Source: Raillietiella orientalis (lineage: Eukaryota). From it: 64,000 nt of DNA. Positions 27,700 through 40,980 of the stretch are shown here, in pieces (position 1 is the first letter of the stretch; each line of letters opens with the position of its first letter). A program made the position numbers and the translations under genes. Below the pieces are notes generated by a model. That model saw only the letters and a list, made by a program, of their open reading frames with translations. It was not told the origin of the DNA and searched no databases. Location: contig JAYWIR010000036.1 of assembly GCA_036172245.1 (NCBI GenBank), positions 1,054,001 to 1,118,000 on the forward strand. Reading direction: 5' to 3'.

Positions 27700-30600
27700 G
27701 ATGCCGGTCGGGATGCAGGGGGTACGCATCAGTGGCCTTTCGAAACTCCGCATCGAGATGGTCACTGCTGATGCGAACGAGCCAGAGAGACAAAGGAATC
27801 CATGAACCCATTAGACGAAGACGCACGCCTTATCTCGGCGCGGACGCTGCGATAAGGGGGAAGCCGTCGAAGGGCTCGGTGCCGCTCCGCCGGAACGAAA
27901 CCTGACTGCCCGTTCCGGGAGGAAGGGGATTCGTTTGGCCGAGCACGACCACGCGGTGCGAGTGCGCGCCAGGTGCCCGCACTGGCAAGTGTGCTCTCCC
28001 GGATTGTGGTGCCTCGTTTACCTCTTGCAGCGCAGCACCCGCGCCATCCTTCCACCCCTCTTCCGATTGTCGCCACGTTGGCGGGACTCGTCTCATCTGC
28101 CCCCCTCCCCCGTTTCTGAAGTATTCCGAAGTATCGTCCGAAGCCATCCGAGCGTCGCATCTCTCCCTGTAGCCTAGATGCGGCGCCCAAGCGTAGCGCC
28201 CATCACCGTTAGCGTGTACCGGGTGCACGGGCGGCGCAGACCGGTGATCGCGTGCTTGGAACGAAACACCTGGGAAAGAGCAGAGGTGTTTGGGCACACG
28301 CAAGTCCGCGGCGTTTCCTTCCGGATGCTCCGCCCCCGACTTGGAAGGCTCTTCCTTTGGCATGCTGTGCTGGAGACGTCTTCCTGGAAGGAAGCGCGCC
28401 CGCTGGGGAGCAACGCTGCCGCACCGCGATGGATCGCCCTTGCCCAGGGTCTCTTGCGGTCCTACGAGCGAGTTCGCGGGACTCCTAGGAAGCCTGCTGG
28501 CGCGCTCCAGCGGCAGCAGGCGCATCCTTCGTTACACTCCGCCAACGAACCAGAGTCGAAAGAACTGGGTTCCAAAGCAGTCGCCTGCCTCCTGTCGGTC
28601 CTCGCTGGCCAGTGCCAGTTGCCCTGCGGCGAGCTCAAGACCCCCTGCGGTGTCAGGCGATGGCGGTTTCCGGCAGGTCGTTTCGGACCGTCACAGCGAC
28701 CGAGCTATCCTTGCGCTCTTCTCTGCTGCTCCAACCGCTGCTGTCGTTTTTTGCCCGCGGGATCGCGTTTTCTCGTGTCTGCAGTGTTTGTTCGCTGCAG
28801 GTGACCTCCTCGCCAAAGTGTTTTCGGTCACCTCGGGTGTGTCAGTTCGTGGGTGAGCGATGCTGAACCTGGTTTCTTTTTCTTCGTGGATCTTTTGGTT
28901 TCTCTCCCCCCCTCCCCCTTGAAGCCCTTATCTGCTTGTTCTTCCATGAGTAATTTGCCTTGCTGCCACCACCTGCTTCCCTGGAAGAAGCCTTCGCTCC
29001 CCCCCCCCCCCCCCGTGTCAGCACTCGTTTCTCCCTGATCCGCGAACGGTTCATTTATTGGTGATCTACTCGAGAGGATTCGGTGATGCTCTCGGGTTTC
29101 CCGTGTACGAAATTCTTGTACGCACGAGCTCCAAGGTGTGTCTTTGCCATCTTCACCAACTTGCGTTATGCACCGCCAAATTGTCTCCTCTTCGGAAACA
29201 GCACGAAACATCCAGAATCCGAGATGCTCGCGGCGAAAGAACGGTCGGACGTGTCTGCTCCGCACTGTCATGGTTACGAGCATTCGAATGCGAAACAACA
29301 GTTCAACTCTGCCGGGCTTCCGGAGAGGAACACCGGCAGAGTGGGGTCGACGCCGTTCCAGATGCTGCGCAGGGGCACACGCACGCTGCGGCTCCCTCGC
29401 ACCCGAAGCTCTTTGCGATTCGCAGAGGGCGTCGGGTCCCGAAGCAATTTTGCAGCGAGGTCCGTTCTTGTTCCCGGCGTCGGCACCTGCGCCATCGCCC
29501 CCCTTCTTCCGGACGTCCGGAAGGTCTTCTCGTCCCGTCAGATCGGGTCGTGAGCTTCCGGGAGAATCTTGTTCACTCTGCTCCCTCCACTTCGGCGATA
29601 GAATCACCCCCTCCTCCTCGTTCTGCGACGACCTTCTTCCGCAAACCTCCGTCGCCTCTTCGGCGGAGCGAGATCAGTGCTACCCTTTGCTGCCTCCTCC
29701 TCCCTTGGTGGAACCCAGCTGAGCACCGAGGAGAAGCCTTTTTTTTTCTCTCTCTCTCTCTCTGCGTGCGGGTGCGGCAAGACAGCCCGTAGGGCGCTGG
29801 CTTTCGTGGACACGCAGGAGCCAAGGGATTCCGCAGCGCTCGCGGCATCGCCCGCTCAAGAGTTGCATCGTCCGCACCTTCGCGTCCCTGTCCAGGAGCC
29901 TAACCTGAGACCCGCAGTGGTTCTCCGCGGAGGAGACGGGAGCTCTCGGCAACCGGCCAGCGAGCGCCTGACCTTTTTACGGGTGCTCCCGTGCCTCTCA
30001 GCATACGCCTAGGGTGAGTGGGGCAAGCAAGCAAATCCTCCGTCCACGAAGAACCGGAGCGATCCGTTCATCCCATGTTCCAGCAGTTTCGCTTGCGTCC
30101 GGGTTCGCGTTTTCGTCCCAAGCCTGCAGCTGCTGAGCCTGCACGTCACGCGTCCAGCTTATAGGTGGCCCGGGCCTTTTGCGCAGGGGCAGTCACGGCA
30201 TGCAGCTCGCCACGCTGCTCAGCGGATTTTTGCTTTGCCCCCTCCGACGTTCGGCCTCTCGCGTCCTCCGGCGCGAGTGCCGAGGAGGACGCGAGCGCGA
30301 ACTGTTCCAAGTGCTTCCCGATGCCCTTCGAGAAGAGTCCTCGGAAAATACCCCGCAGGCTGGTAGACGATCGCGTACTGTTCCATTCATCCAACGACTT
30401 GGCCTTGCCTTGCGCACCCATGTTCCTCCGGCCTGCTTTCATTCTCGGATCCTCCGGCACACTTAGCAGCTGAGACGACAATTGCGTGATCATGGCACCA
30501 CTGGTTCGCACAAGATTTAAGCGAAAAGCGAGCTGGGGGATGGCAAAAATTTCCTACGTCAGGAAAGCAGCACGCGGGCTGCCGCCATCACCGTGGGACT

Positions 30601-33600
30601 CCCTTTTGTGACGAGGAAGAGTGCTGCTGTAAAACAACAGCGACTTCAGACTTCAGAGGTTTCACTCCGGATCCCGGAAATCTTTCGGTACGCGTTCATC
30701 CCATAAGAGTTGCCCTGGAGGCATGCTCTGCATCATCATAGGTGTGTGAAAGCACACAATGCTCTCCCCGGTTTCCAACGTATCCTGTTGTCCGCGAAGA
30801 CGCCAGCGTAACTGGGATTCCCCTTCGGGTGTCTTGGTGGTGCTGTCGCTACGCAACGGTTTCGTTTCACGGAAGCATAGCCCCCCAGCTGTTCTCTCCC
30901 AGCCGCCCTCTTGTTGCTGGCACTTTTGCCGGAAACCATCTGGTAGAACATTCGATACCGGAGGGTGCTGAAAGATTGTTACTGCTAAGCCCAGCTTCCA
31001 CGTGCCTCTCGGCCCACCCACGCTCGTGAACGACACCTTCGCCACTGCTCGGCATCGCGTTCGGAAGTGCTGCGTCCGCTTGCGTGCCGCTCGCGGGAAG
31101 CGCCGAGTTTGCAGCACCGGCGGTAAGATGGCGCTGGCAAAACGGAATGCTGTGAGCGCGTTCCGAACCGTCTTGCCGCCTCGCCCGAGCCCCTGAAGCG
31201 CCGAAATCAAAGGAGTCATCAAGGAAGTCCAAAAAAGGCGTCGTTCCAATGGGACAGACACGGCACGGCGCCTGAGGACTCGCCCCCGAGGTTATCCACC
31301 CCCACACGGAAAGACCATTCAGTCCGTGGTCGAACGGAACCTCACGAAGGCCCTCTCGTGTTCGCTACAGGAACGCCCCCGGGTTCCCAGCGGATAAGCA
31401 GCTCCCGGTTTTCTGCGCGCAGGTGGTCAGGTTCAAGTGGGGAGTCCGAGCGAAACCGAGACCGCGGCGCCCTCCAAGCGGCAGCGCCACTGTCCAAGTC
31501 CTGTCGCCGCTGCGCCGGAGGAGGACTTGGAGGAGAGCCGCCCCCTCTTCGACCGCCGGGTGGCCGCGTGGGAAGCGCCCCGGGGGAAGGGAGAGTCGTC
31601 ATCCGGATCGGGTCGATCTCGGAGAGTTTGCGATGGCCAACCTCCCCCTCCTTGCTTCGAACGCTCAGCAAGCCCCTTCGAGAAGCAGCGCGCGTTGCCA
31701 GGGGAAACGGGTTCGCGGTTCCGAAGCGGGAAGCTCAGAGGCGGCTCTCGGCAACTCTCCTCCCCTCTTCCCGTCCGTGGCAACGGGATGGAGGGAGACA
31801 CCAAAAAAGAAAAAAAAGTGGAGGAGTGGAGGGGGGGAAGGAAAGGAGTGGAAAGAGGTGTTTTGGAGAGGTGGCTGAGCAGCAGAACGTGTAACTTCTG
31901 AATGCAGATTTCTGTTCCAGATCATGATGTTCTTCAGTTGCTCCGGGAGACGGCACCAGCGGGAGCGCGGTTACTCTGCAATACACGTTGTTTAAAGACT
32001 CTTTGATCCAGGTGACCGGGGCTGAATCTTCCCGGAGAGGAAGAAGGAAAAGCGGTGCGGAGAGGAGGGGAAAAAAGAAAGAAAAGGGAAGAGGGGAAGG
32101 CCTGTTAACTCATCTCCGGCACTGCCTCGCAGCCTTGGGCGCCTCTCCTCGATCCCTTCCGCCCCTAAAAGACCTCACGCTCTGGGTGCCTTGCCAGCTG
32201 CTGGGGGAGACGGTTGCGCGCACCAGGCATTGGGGAAGGCGCGCGGTGCTCCGGCCCGCACAGGGGAAGTGCGGGCAGGCGGCAGAGGGCTTACTGTCCG
32301 CCTCCCCTCACCCCTTCCCTCCCGAGTTCCTCAACCCCACCTGCGGCGTTAGGATCTCCTGTCCCCCTTCGGGCGGGAAGGGAATCTCTCCCTCCCTCCC
32401 CGAAACCTCTTCCCCGAGGAGCACCGCTCCGGCAGCTCGGGATGAGGAGCGGTGCGGATCACTCGTCTCCGAGGCAACCTCGGCGAACGCGCACGCGCGG
32501 ACCGTCCGTCTGAGCAGCGGCTTTCGTTGATCCACCCACGCACACACCAGGGACTCAGAGACCCTGAGACGAGCTGAATGGACGGGAAGCGATTCGAGAA
32601 TACTCGCAAATGAGGGTGGATCCTGGGGTGCCGGAGATCGGGTGAGGGGCATTAGGGACAAGTACGGAGCGTTTCCAGGTGCACCAGGAAGGATTCGTTG
32701 GCGAACTGCGGGGGCGGATCCAGGAGAAGAAGAAACTGCTCACGGTCGGTGCTTTCCGGTTAGGTCCGGCAAGGCTTCTGAGAAGTGAGATCCTCCCCAT
32801 TGCTACGTTCTAGTCTTTTGAATGCTGACGTCCTCACCCCTGCTTTCGCTCCTCCACTCAATCCTGCTAGGCAGGGGTCCTGAGCGGGCCCCCCAATATC
32901 CAGCCACCCCTACTCCCCATCATTGTCCTTGCTTGCTGCGCTTCCGGGACACTCGGAGAGGGGGGAAGTAGGGGCAAGAGCCGTCTCTTTCCCTGCGCAG
33001 CCGGCTTGCACGGAGATGTCCGCCCCCTGTGCTCCTGCGCCGCCAGTCTGCTTCCCCGGTGCTGACCGGTTTCCTAAGTGACGGTCGGCAGACGGAGCGG
33101 GTGGTAGGGCGACCGCATCTCAGCGCTCGGCTGGAGGGGGTTTTCGCGACCTCCCGCTGAAGTGCTGTGGAGGCTTCTCGATGACCTCCTGGAGCGAAGG
33201 GTCAGCCTTTTGCCCACGCACCCCTCCCCCATCTCCCGTCCCTCTGTGCCCTCGCTTGACCGCAGGGGAGCGGCTGATCCCACACAGAGGGGTCGGACTT
33301 AGAGACCCAGCGGCGGGACATCAATCCAGTGTTTTCCCGTGGGGCGACTTGGAACCAGCGGAGGCCTCCGACAGCGGCTGGTCTCTTTTGAGTTGCCAGC
33401 AGTGTTCAGTGGCGACCCCTCGGGGGCTGCGCCTAGAAGTCGCGCTGCGGAGTCTCCTCCTCCGTCCTCGAGGAGGCGGAGGTCATCCTCTCTTTCCGGA
33501 AAGGATTAAGCCCTCGTCGAAAGCCGTCGAGTGGACAGGAAAGGGGAGAGGCACTGCAGGAGCTGCGCTCCAGTTCGGCAGCCCGGCGGTCTCCCTCGCT
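27700..33600 (-). mobile_element. Heavily decayed, near full-length L1/Tx1-like non-LTR retrotransposon
   Basis: Frameshifted remnants occur in canonical order on the minus strand: ORF1-like LCGPEH knuckle (~32250), post-endonuclease GPRGTWKL (~31000), RT-like QKA (~30180), AYAE (YADD-like, ~30000), AGLRL (~29910), GGLG-like RKKGGDG (~29500) and a zf-RVT-like remnant (~28150). Ends approximate. Confidence 0.55.
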
Positions 33601-33899
33601 TTCCGGGGGTGAAGGGGTCAGGGTAGGTCGCCTTCCCGCTCGGTGACGGCCCGGTGGACGGGAGACGGCGCCGTCCGCCCGCCGTTTCGGTGCGTGGTGA
33701 GCTGCCGCGGCCGGACGTCAGAGGGCCGCGAGCTGCTCTCGCCGCCGCTGGCAAGGTGGTGCTGCAGGCAGCCGACGAGCTCCTCCCACCTGAGGCGGTC
33801 CGGGGAAGCCTCCCCCTCACTCTACTGCCCCGTCCTCGGAGAGGCCAACCGTGGCCGCCGTCCATCTGCACTGCACTTTGGCCATCTCCAGGAGTTTCT

Positions 33900-34790
33900 C
33901 CTCCAGATCACGCCGTGCTGCCGTCTGCTCAACAGCAATAAACGCACGCATCCAGCAACAATGGAGTAGGACAGAAGGGCTCACTGCCTGGTGCTCACTC
34001 GTCTAGGGGAGGCAGGCCGGGGGTGAATAGGGGCCGCAGGGGCGGCGCGACGCTTCGCCTCGGCCCCGCGAAGGCGGCTGCGAGAGGGAGGGAAGCGGCG
34101 GGAGAGCCGTCTCTTCTTCCAAGCGGGGCCCGTGCGAGGACGCGGCGGGCCTCGCACCACCGTCGCCTCTTCGCCTCGGGGAAGACCGCGCTGCGGCCGA
34201 GGATGCGGGCGAGCGCGCGTTGACCCGCCCCCTCGCTGCCTCCTCTTACCCGGGGAAACGATGAGGGAAAGGGTCCTCCCTCTTGGGGGTGTGGAGGAGG
34301 AGGCAGTCTTCCTGGCACGATCCCGGCAGCTCCGCCCATGTGTCCGCCGCTTCCTCTTCACCCCCAGGAGGGCGTCACCCATCCTTCCGACTCGGGGACA
34401 GACGAGGGGGCAGGTCCGTCCTTCCGAGTGTGTGGAGGAGGAAGCGGTTCCTACTGGCACGATTTCGGCAGCTTAGCTCACGTACCCGCCACCTCCTCCC
34501 GCCACGCGAAGGCGTTCGTGGGGAGGCAGGGGATCCACTTGTTGCCTTTCAGGAGCGAGGTCCGCCTGCCGCTCGGGGAACTTGGCGCAATTCCTCCGGC
34601 GTCGTCGTCGAGGAAACAGGAATACCAGTCTTCTGCAGTCGACTGCAGAGAAGTCCTCGCGCCCGTCGTCGTCGGAGCGGTCGATGGGTCCAGCCGGGCT
34701 GCTGCTATCCATCCGCAGGGGGAGGGTCCCCAGTCGTAGAAGGGAGGCTGGTAAAGCAAGGAACTGCACTGCCACTAGTGATCCCCCATC
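33900..34790 (-). mobile_element. LINE ORF2 post-RT fragment
   Basis: WIPCLPTNAFAW matches IRIPCLPVNCTAW of the + copy at ~44780. Confidence 0.55.
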
Positions 34791-34799
34791 GTGAGCCTC

Positions 34800-37280
34800 C
34801 CACTATTGCTCCAAGGCGCTGTTTCTGACATTCTGGACCACTCCTCATCAGGGTGCACGCAGAAGGAATCTCCAGAGGGGTCACGACTCTCCACTTCCGC
34901 TTTCGCCACCTCCGCCATTCGTAGAGGGTGGAGGGCTGGGTTGGCCAACGAGGAAGCATGCCCGAAGAGGTGAAGACCGTGTCAGCATTCTTCGCAGGAG
35001 GTCTCGAGCTGCTGACGCTACAGAGGGTCACCACCCCCGGGGGCAGGAGGGGGCTCCATTCTCACAGCTGGAGGAGAACCCCGGAGGGAACCTTTTCCTT
35101 ATTTTCTCCGGATGGACTCCCTGGGAAAGGATCACCCTATGGATCCAGGGAGGTTCCGGAGGAAGGCATCCGTTCCTCTATTTCGCTTGGCAGGGCATCC
35201 TGAAGGGAACCTCGAAGGGCTCCTCGATTCTTGGAAGGACCCCTAAGGGTCAGCCTCCAATCCCGGCCGGTCAGTGGGGACTTTCCGACTTTCGGATTTG
35301 GAGAGCATCGTTGGAGTGGTCAGGTACCCCAGCAGTGCCTCTGGGCATGCCGCAACGCACGCTGCTCTAGCAGCTTGGGAGGAGAGAGGGTACCCGTGGT
35401 GCTACGGGACGCGCGTACCCCTCAAGTCCTTCTTGCTGAGGTGCCGTGGCACCGCTCGCCGCCCGTCCCCCTTTGGCCCCATCTTCCCCGGGAGCCGCTC
35501 CGCTTTCCCGGTTGCCAGCCACCCGAGAGTTCCCTGCGGAGCCCCGGAGCATGCATTCCCGCTGCGGGCGGAGGCGATTGCCCGGTCTCCCTGCCCAGGG
35601 GCTTTCCGCAACGAGAATTCTTCCCGGAGAGGCATCCTCGGCCGGCACCAGCGAAGCTCGGGAACTGCCGGAAACGAGCGCCTACGGAGGCGCCTTCTCG
35701 GCCAGACTTCCGGCGAGGCTCCGGAGTTTCCTTCTTTGGAAGACGGAAGCAGCTGCGCTTCCGCTGCTCGTCTTGCCGAGCATTCCGCTGCCGGAAGCAA
35801 AGACGAACGGCGGGCTCCATCAAGGGAGTGCGGGGAAGAAGGAACTCCTGACGGCACTTGGAGTCTCCCTCCATCCCTCGCCCCCCTTCCCTTTTGCAGG
35901 AGGCGAAAGGACCATTAGGGGGGGAATGGAAGAGCGATCCCGGCAGTCAGAAGCGATTTTGGAAGCGCGATGCGTTCGGGAAGGGGAGGGATGCTTTCCT
36001 GTCTCCAGGGAGCAGGCTGCGCAGGCAGGGAGGCTTCCCGGACGAGAGGGAATACACCCCTGCCGCTGCACGGGGGGGCAGCCGATGGCGCCATGTCTCT
36101 GGCGGCGGGAGCGCAACTTGAACAACGCTCCCGGGCGAGCGGCGCCCACGATGTCGCCCTCAAGGAGCCACGGGGCACGTGATCCCCGCAGCGAACCGGC
36201 GACGTGCCAGCACAGCTTGTGAGCCGTCCGCGGCCCAGCAGGAACCCTCAAGGACGGCCATTTTTGCCCTCCAGGCATACGATCAGGGTTCCCCCAGACC
36301 CCGAGCTCCAAGCAGTAACCGCTAACAGCCCTGTACTCGACCCGGACACGTCTTCAGGTCATCCCTGCCATCCGCACCTATCGACCACTCCGTTCGTTCT
36401 CTCCTTCCTGCCCAGGCCAGGCCGCAGGGTCGACAGCTGCACGAAGCCCATCACCGGACGGAGCGCCACGCCCTGAAGAGGGCAGAAGCTGCTGTCGCTC
36501 CCTGCGAGGAGACGCTCCCGGCTCGACCACCATCTCCTCTCGAGCACGAATGGCGGTTGCGCAGCCGCGGTCCACGTCGCGAGCCGCGCCGCGCCGGGAT
36601 GCTGGGCTTGGGCGTTCCGAGAGTCACAAAGCGTCGGCACGCTGGCGCGCTTCCGCATGCTGCCAATGCGGGCCAAATAGCGAACTCCCCCGAGATGTGG
36701 GCAAGCACGCCTGCACGCTTCCTCCCTTCGCACGCTGCGTTGGCGGCGACGGACTCCGATCTTTGCCTCCGACCCAGCTTCCCGCCGAGCCCACTTCCCG
36801 CCTCTTGGGGGACCCCATGCCCTGGGATCTCCTGCCGCCCGACGAACTCGAACGAACTCCTGGAGACAGGAGGCGTCCGTGACCTGGGGGCTTCCGCGCT
36901 GGCCAGGGAAACTTCGTCCCCTCCACCCTTCCCACAGCCTTCCTCTGGGAGAAGCGCCGCAGGGCTGGACGAAGGGCGTCCGCGCGGCCGCTGCACCCTT
37001 GCCGCAACGCCGTCTGCCCTCGGGACAGTTGCCCGCCGCCGACGGGGCGGGAGCTCCCTGCCCGCTCCGTTGCGGGAAAGACCCAAAACTCCCTGCCGGT
37101 CGGACGGGAGGCGAGCGAGCTGACGGGCGCGAAGCCACGCCTCGTTTCCGGGCGAAGGGAGACCCCTCCAGTGCAGTGGGCTGTCGAGTACCCCCAACTC
37201 ACCCTCTTCCCCTTGAAACGCATGCCATCCCACCCCTGAACGCCAACACCTCGGGGCTTCCCTCGAGCTAAAGGTAAGGT
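34800..37280 (+). mobile_element. LINE 5' region and decayed ORF1 (gag-like zinc knuckle)
   Basis: The 5' block CCCTATGGATCCAGGGAGGTTCCGGAGGAAGG..CCGTTCCTC is shared with ~38890, ~41105 and ~44350 (reverse). CCQCGP remnant at ~36660. Confidence 0.55.
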
Positions 37281-37285
37281 TTGGT

Positions 37286-38740
37286 TTATCACCCGGTCAC
37301 TCCGGGGCATTTATTATAAAAAATAGACATACACATGTGTAGGGTCATCGGCCCTACATTGTCCGAAAATGCTCGGAACCTGCCGAGTAACCGGCACGCA
37401 GGCGAGGTTCTCCTCGGCAGCGAAGGGAGGAAGGGAGGGAGGCAGACAAAAATAAAAATAAAACAAAAAAAATACACGGAAAAAAATTGGGAGGGTTAGA
37501 GAAGAAATCACCAGGAGCTGGAGGGCGTCCTCTGCATCCTTTCCAGGATGCCGGCAAGTTCCATTCGAGGATCTAGCTACCGTCCGCAGGAAGCGCAGGG
37601 CGAAGCAAATGGCATCCCTATCTCACCGTCGTCCTCTCACTTAGCCCCAGGCCGCCACAATCCCGCGTAGACAGCAGCAAAGAGCTGATGTGGATGCGGC
37701 AGGCGAAAGGGCGTCGCGCACTAAGAGATGCATGTCCCTGGGATTGTCCGTTGGTGCACTGAGGGCCGTTGCGTAACGCACCATAGGGGCCGGAGGGCAA
37801 CATGGTCTACGAGCAGGTGCAGGAGCTGGGATTTTCCCTCCCCGCACCTGCAGCGGTTCGGGTCCAGCGAAGCTGGCGTGCGTTGAACGGGAGACCCCAG
37901 TGCAACAGTAGACGTGACGACTCCTGCTACTTCAGGGGGAGGACTCAGTTGTTCTTCAGCGTTGGAGGCCACTCGAGGTCTTCCTGCCGGATTCCCAGCA
38001 GCTCATCCCAGCACAATAGTGTTTTTGGTGGAACGCTTGGGGTCGCAGCATCCGTGAGCCGGCTCGTGGTCCAACCACCAAGTTCCCTCGTCTTCTGACT
38101 GATTTCGCAACTGACCTCCCATTTGAATGGCTGGTAACTTCCAGGTGCTTCCTGAGGAAGGGCAGTGCCGCGACTACGGAGGTTCTTTGCGCCTACCCAC
38201 AAGTGGTGGGCTGCACAATGGCGTCCTGCATCAATCGGTTGCTGTAGGAGTGCAGCAGTCGCTGCCGCATTTCCGTGCTTGCTTCCTTGTTCTTGGCCCT
38301 ACTCCCTGCAACGAGGCACTACCGTTCGTAGGCCATCAGAAAATCCAGTTGTTGGTCCCGGTCAGCTTGAACACTCGCCGGGGCTTCACCCCGCAGCTGG
38401 ACACGTTGCATCTACGCCGCCGCACCAGGAACGAAAATAGTCCCGCGTAGCCGATGGCTCGCTTGACGAGGTATCGTGCGGGCTCGCACCAGTTCGTGCT
38501 CCACAGCTTCTCGACTAGGGCAAGCGTCCTTCACTGGAGGTACCGCTCCAGGTGCTTCAGCGTCAGGAGGCAGAGGTCGCCGTCGCGATACGGAGCGTAC
38601 AAGTCCTTCAGGAGGAATCGGAGCCTCCCTGTGCCCCACAGAGCGATTCTGAAGAGGTCTTTCGTTCGCCTTTTAATGCTACTTGTTGGGGGCAAACAAA
38701 AAGCAGGGGGCGGAAGAGGGGGGACACGAAGGCGTTTCAC
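37286..38740 (-). mobile_element. LINE ORF2 C-terminal part plus complete 3' UTR
   Basis: FRIALWGTGRLRFLLKDLYAPYRDGDLCLL (the L1-clade W..P..GGLG region), zf-RVT remnant CRCGEGKSQLLHLLVD, structured 3' UTR, AATAAA-hairpin end at 37315-37286. Confidence 0.75.
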
Positions 38741-38799
38741 ACCGCGGCCCGTTCCGGCAAGACAAACTCACCATCCTGGAACGGGGCAATTGCCAACTC

Positions 38800-40200
38800 T
38801 TCCTTCTGGAGCCAGCTGAACCACGCCTCCTCCGGAGAATTCCCATTCCTCCACTCGATTTTGGGAGTGACTCCGGAGGGACCGCCAAATGAATCTAGGA
38901 AGGTTCCGGAGGAAGAAGTCCGTTCCTCTCTTGCCCTTGCAGAGGGGCTCCGAAAGAGACCCTTATCTCCCTGGTTGTCTTCGAAGGGAACCCCGAATGG
39001 AATCTCCTCTTCCTCGGTCTTTCTAGAGAACCCTTCCTCCAGTTTGGGGGGAGGCGTTGCTCCTCGTTTTCTCCTCTGGAGAGAACCCTGAAGAGAGCAG
39101 CGCACTTCTGACACTCTGGAGAGCCAACCTTCGAGGGGGGTATCAACCAGCTCCGTGGTGCGCCATGGAAGTTCCCACTCCAATGGGGGAGAGGGACGGC
39201 TCCCTTTCCGCAGCCGAAAGGGAACAGCCCCGAAGGGTTCCTTGACCTGGAAGAACCTCGGAAGGGCCATTTCCAGTCCTCTCCAGTCAACGGGGACATC
39301 CGGCTGCTTCCACCAGTGCCGCCGCACCCAAAGTTCATGAGCCAACCAGAGCCATCCTGCAAGGATGGGGGAATCGAAACCCACGACGCAGTCCCCGTTC
39401 TCGGCGGGTCGACCCTTCTCCCTGAGTGGGAATTGAACCCGCGACGCGCGGACGGGTCGCAGCCACCCGAGGAGACCATGACACGGTCCCTTTGGTCCAG
39501 AAGTCCCTCGGCGGGTGCTTCTACCGCGACGGTGGTTCTTGCACGGGAAAGCTGGCGCTCCTCCGCGATAGCGAGGAGGCACGCGCGCAGCTGCTCGGAG
39601 GTTACGCAAGGCACCGGGCTGATAAGAACGGCGGTCTGCGTGCCCTCAGTCGAGGTCAAAGGCCGGAAGGCAATAGCGCTGTCTGGAGCGTAATGAGAGG
39701 CTGTGCAAATACAGGGCGGACACCGGGATGCGTCTCTGTGAGGTGATAAGTGAGCGCCTTGAGGTCAGGGGGACCGTACTCGCGCTGCAGGAACGCCGAC
39801 CCTCCCCGGCGGCTCCCAGCTGCGCGCCGAACTGACACGGTCTGTCTTCGGGTGGCCGTGCACCGCGTGCGCGAGCAGGTGGGAAATACCCGTTTGAGCG
39901 AGCGGACGATGAGCCCGAGGAAGAGGGAAAGGGAGGGGGAGGGGTGAGAAAGGGAGCAGGCCCCGCCCGTGAACCTCGCGTCGGCCCCCTCTCCGTAGCT
40001 CTCCTGCTGACGGCGGTTCGTCCGCTCCCGGGAGAAAGAAGAGGCACCCGCGCGCTCTCGTGCACCCCCGAGCCTCGTCGGGACTCGCTGCGGGAGGCAG
40101 CTAAGGGCCGAGGCTTCCGTTCTCGCGAATCTTCTCGTACTGACGCAGCGTTGCTGATGGAACCTTCAGAGGGGTAGCGGCTCGCCAGAGAGGCGAGAGC
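38800..40200 (+). mobile_element. LINE 5' region/ORF1 remnant
   Basis: The block GAATCTAGGAAGGTTCCGGAGGAAGAAGTCCGTTCCTC...GAAGGGAACCCCGAA is shared with the other 5' copies. Confidence 0.55.
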
Positions 40201-40930
40201 CAAGCGGCGTCCCGCTCGTCCGCGGGATGCCTCGGGCTGCAGGACGCTGCTAAGGAGTAGGCGCTGGAGTGCCTCGATCTCAGAGCGCGAGTCCTGGGAA
40301 AGTTCTCCGCCCGCTCCAGACGACCGGGAGGCAGGTTGTCGAGTGGTCGGATGGGTGATACAGGAACGATCAAGGTGCGAAGTGCCGCACCGAGGAGGCG
40401 CAGCAGCGCTCCTGGTTCCGGTCGAGAGCTGAAACGTGGGCCGGGCTGGAGATGCTGCTGCGCGATCGTCTCGATGCCATCCCAGGAGTCATGGAGAGAT
40501 GGCGCTGGCGGAAGAGGGAGAGCGGATTCGAGAGACATCCGGAGGATACGCCTTCCGTGGTGGGCGCTCTGGCGACGAAGCCGACTTCTGCTGCCTCCGC
40601 CAAGACTGCGGCAGCCGTTCCCACTGAGAGCCATGGTCCAGCGCCCCCTTCCTCGAAGGGACTTGGGGGTTGCCGCTATGTCCTCCTGTGGAGGTCGGGA
40701 GGATGCGCGCGACGGGCCGCTCAGTCTTTTCCTACTGCTCCTTGGGTGCCGGTTCTGTAGAGCGGGTCGCGCCCGTGGTGGTCTCCATCTGCCCGCTGCG
40801 TGAGCGCGCACGGCACAAGAGGTTGGCGACCCGTGAGGCCCGGAGCCACGGAGAGGCACTGAAACTCGAGGGACCTCAGCAGCCGAGTGCAAAAGACTGA
40901 GTGGCCTTTTCACAGCTGCTCTTGCAGATG
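40200..40930 (-). mobile_element. LINE ORF2 endonuclease-end/linker fragment
   Basis: GRGRWTMALS (GRGxWKLN-like) followed by SWDGIETIA (WExxK-like). Confidence 0.5.
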
Positions 40931-40980
40931 GGAGGCGCTGCCGCCTTTTTTTTCTGGTTTTTTTTTCTTTTTTATTGATC

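Noticed and set aside
34821..34853. Hammerhead-like CUGAUGA-GGA-GUGG-UCC on the minus strand
   Set aside because: It is followed by AGAAU rather than GAAA, and there are no convincing stems I and III.
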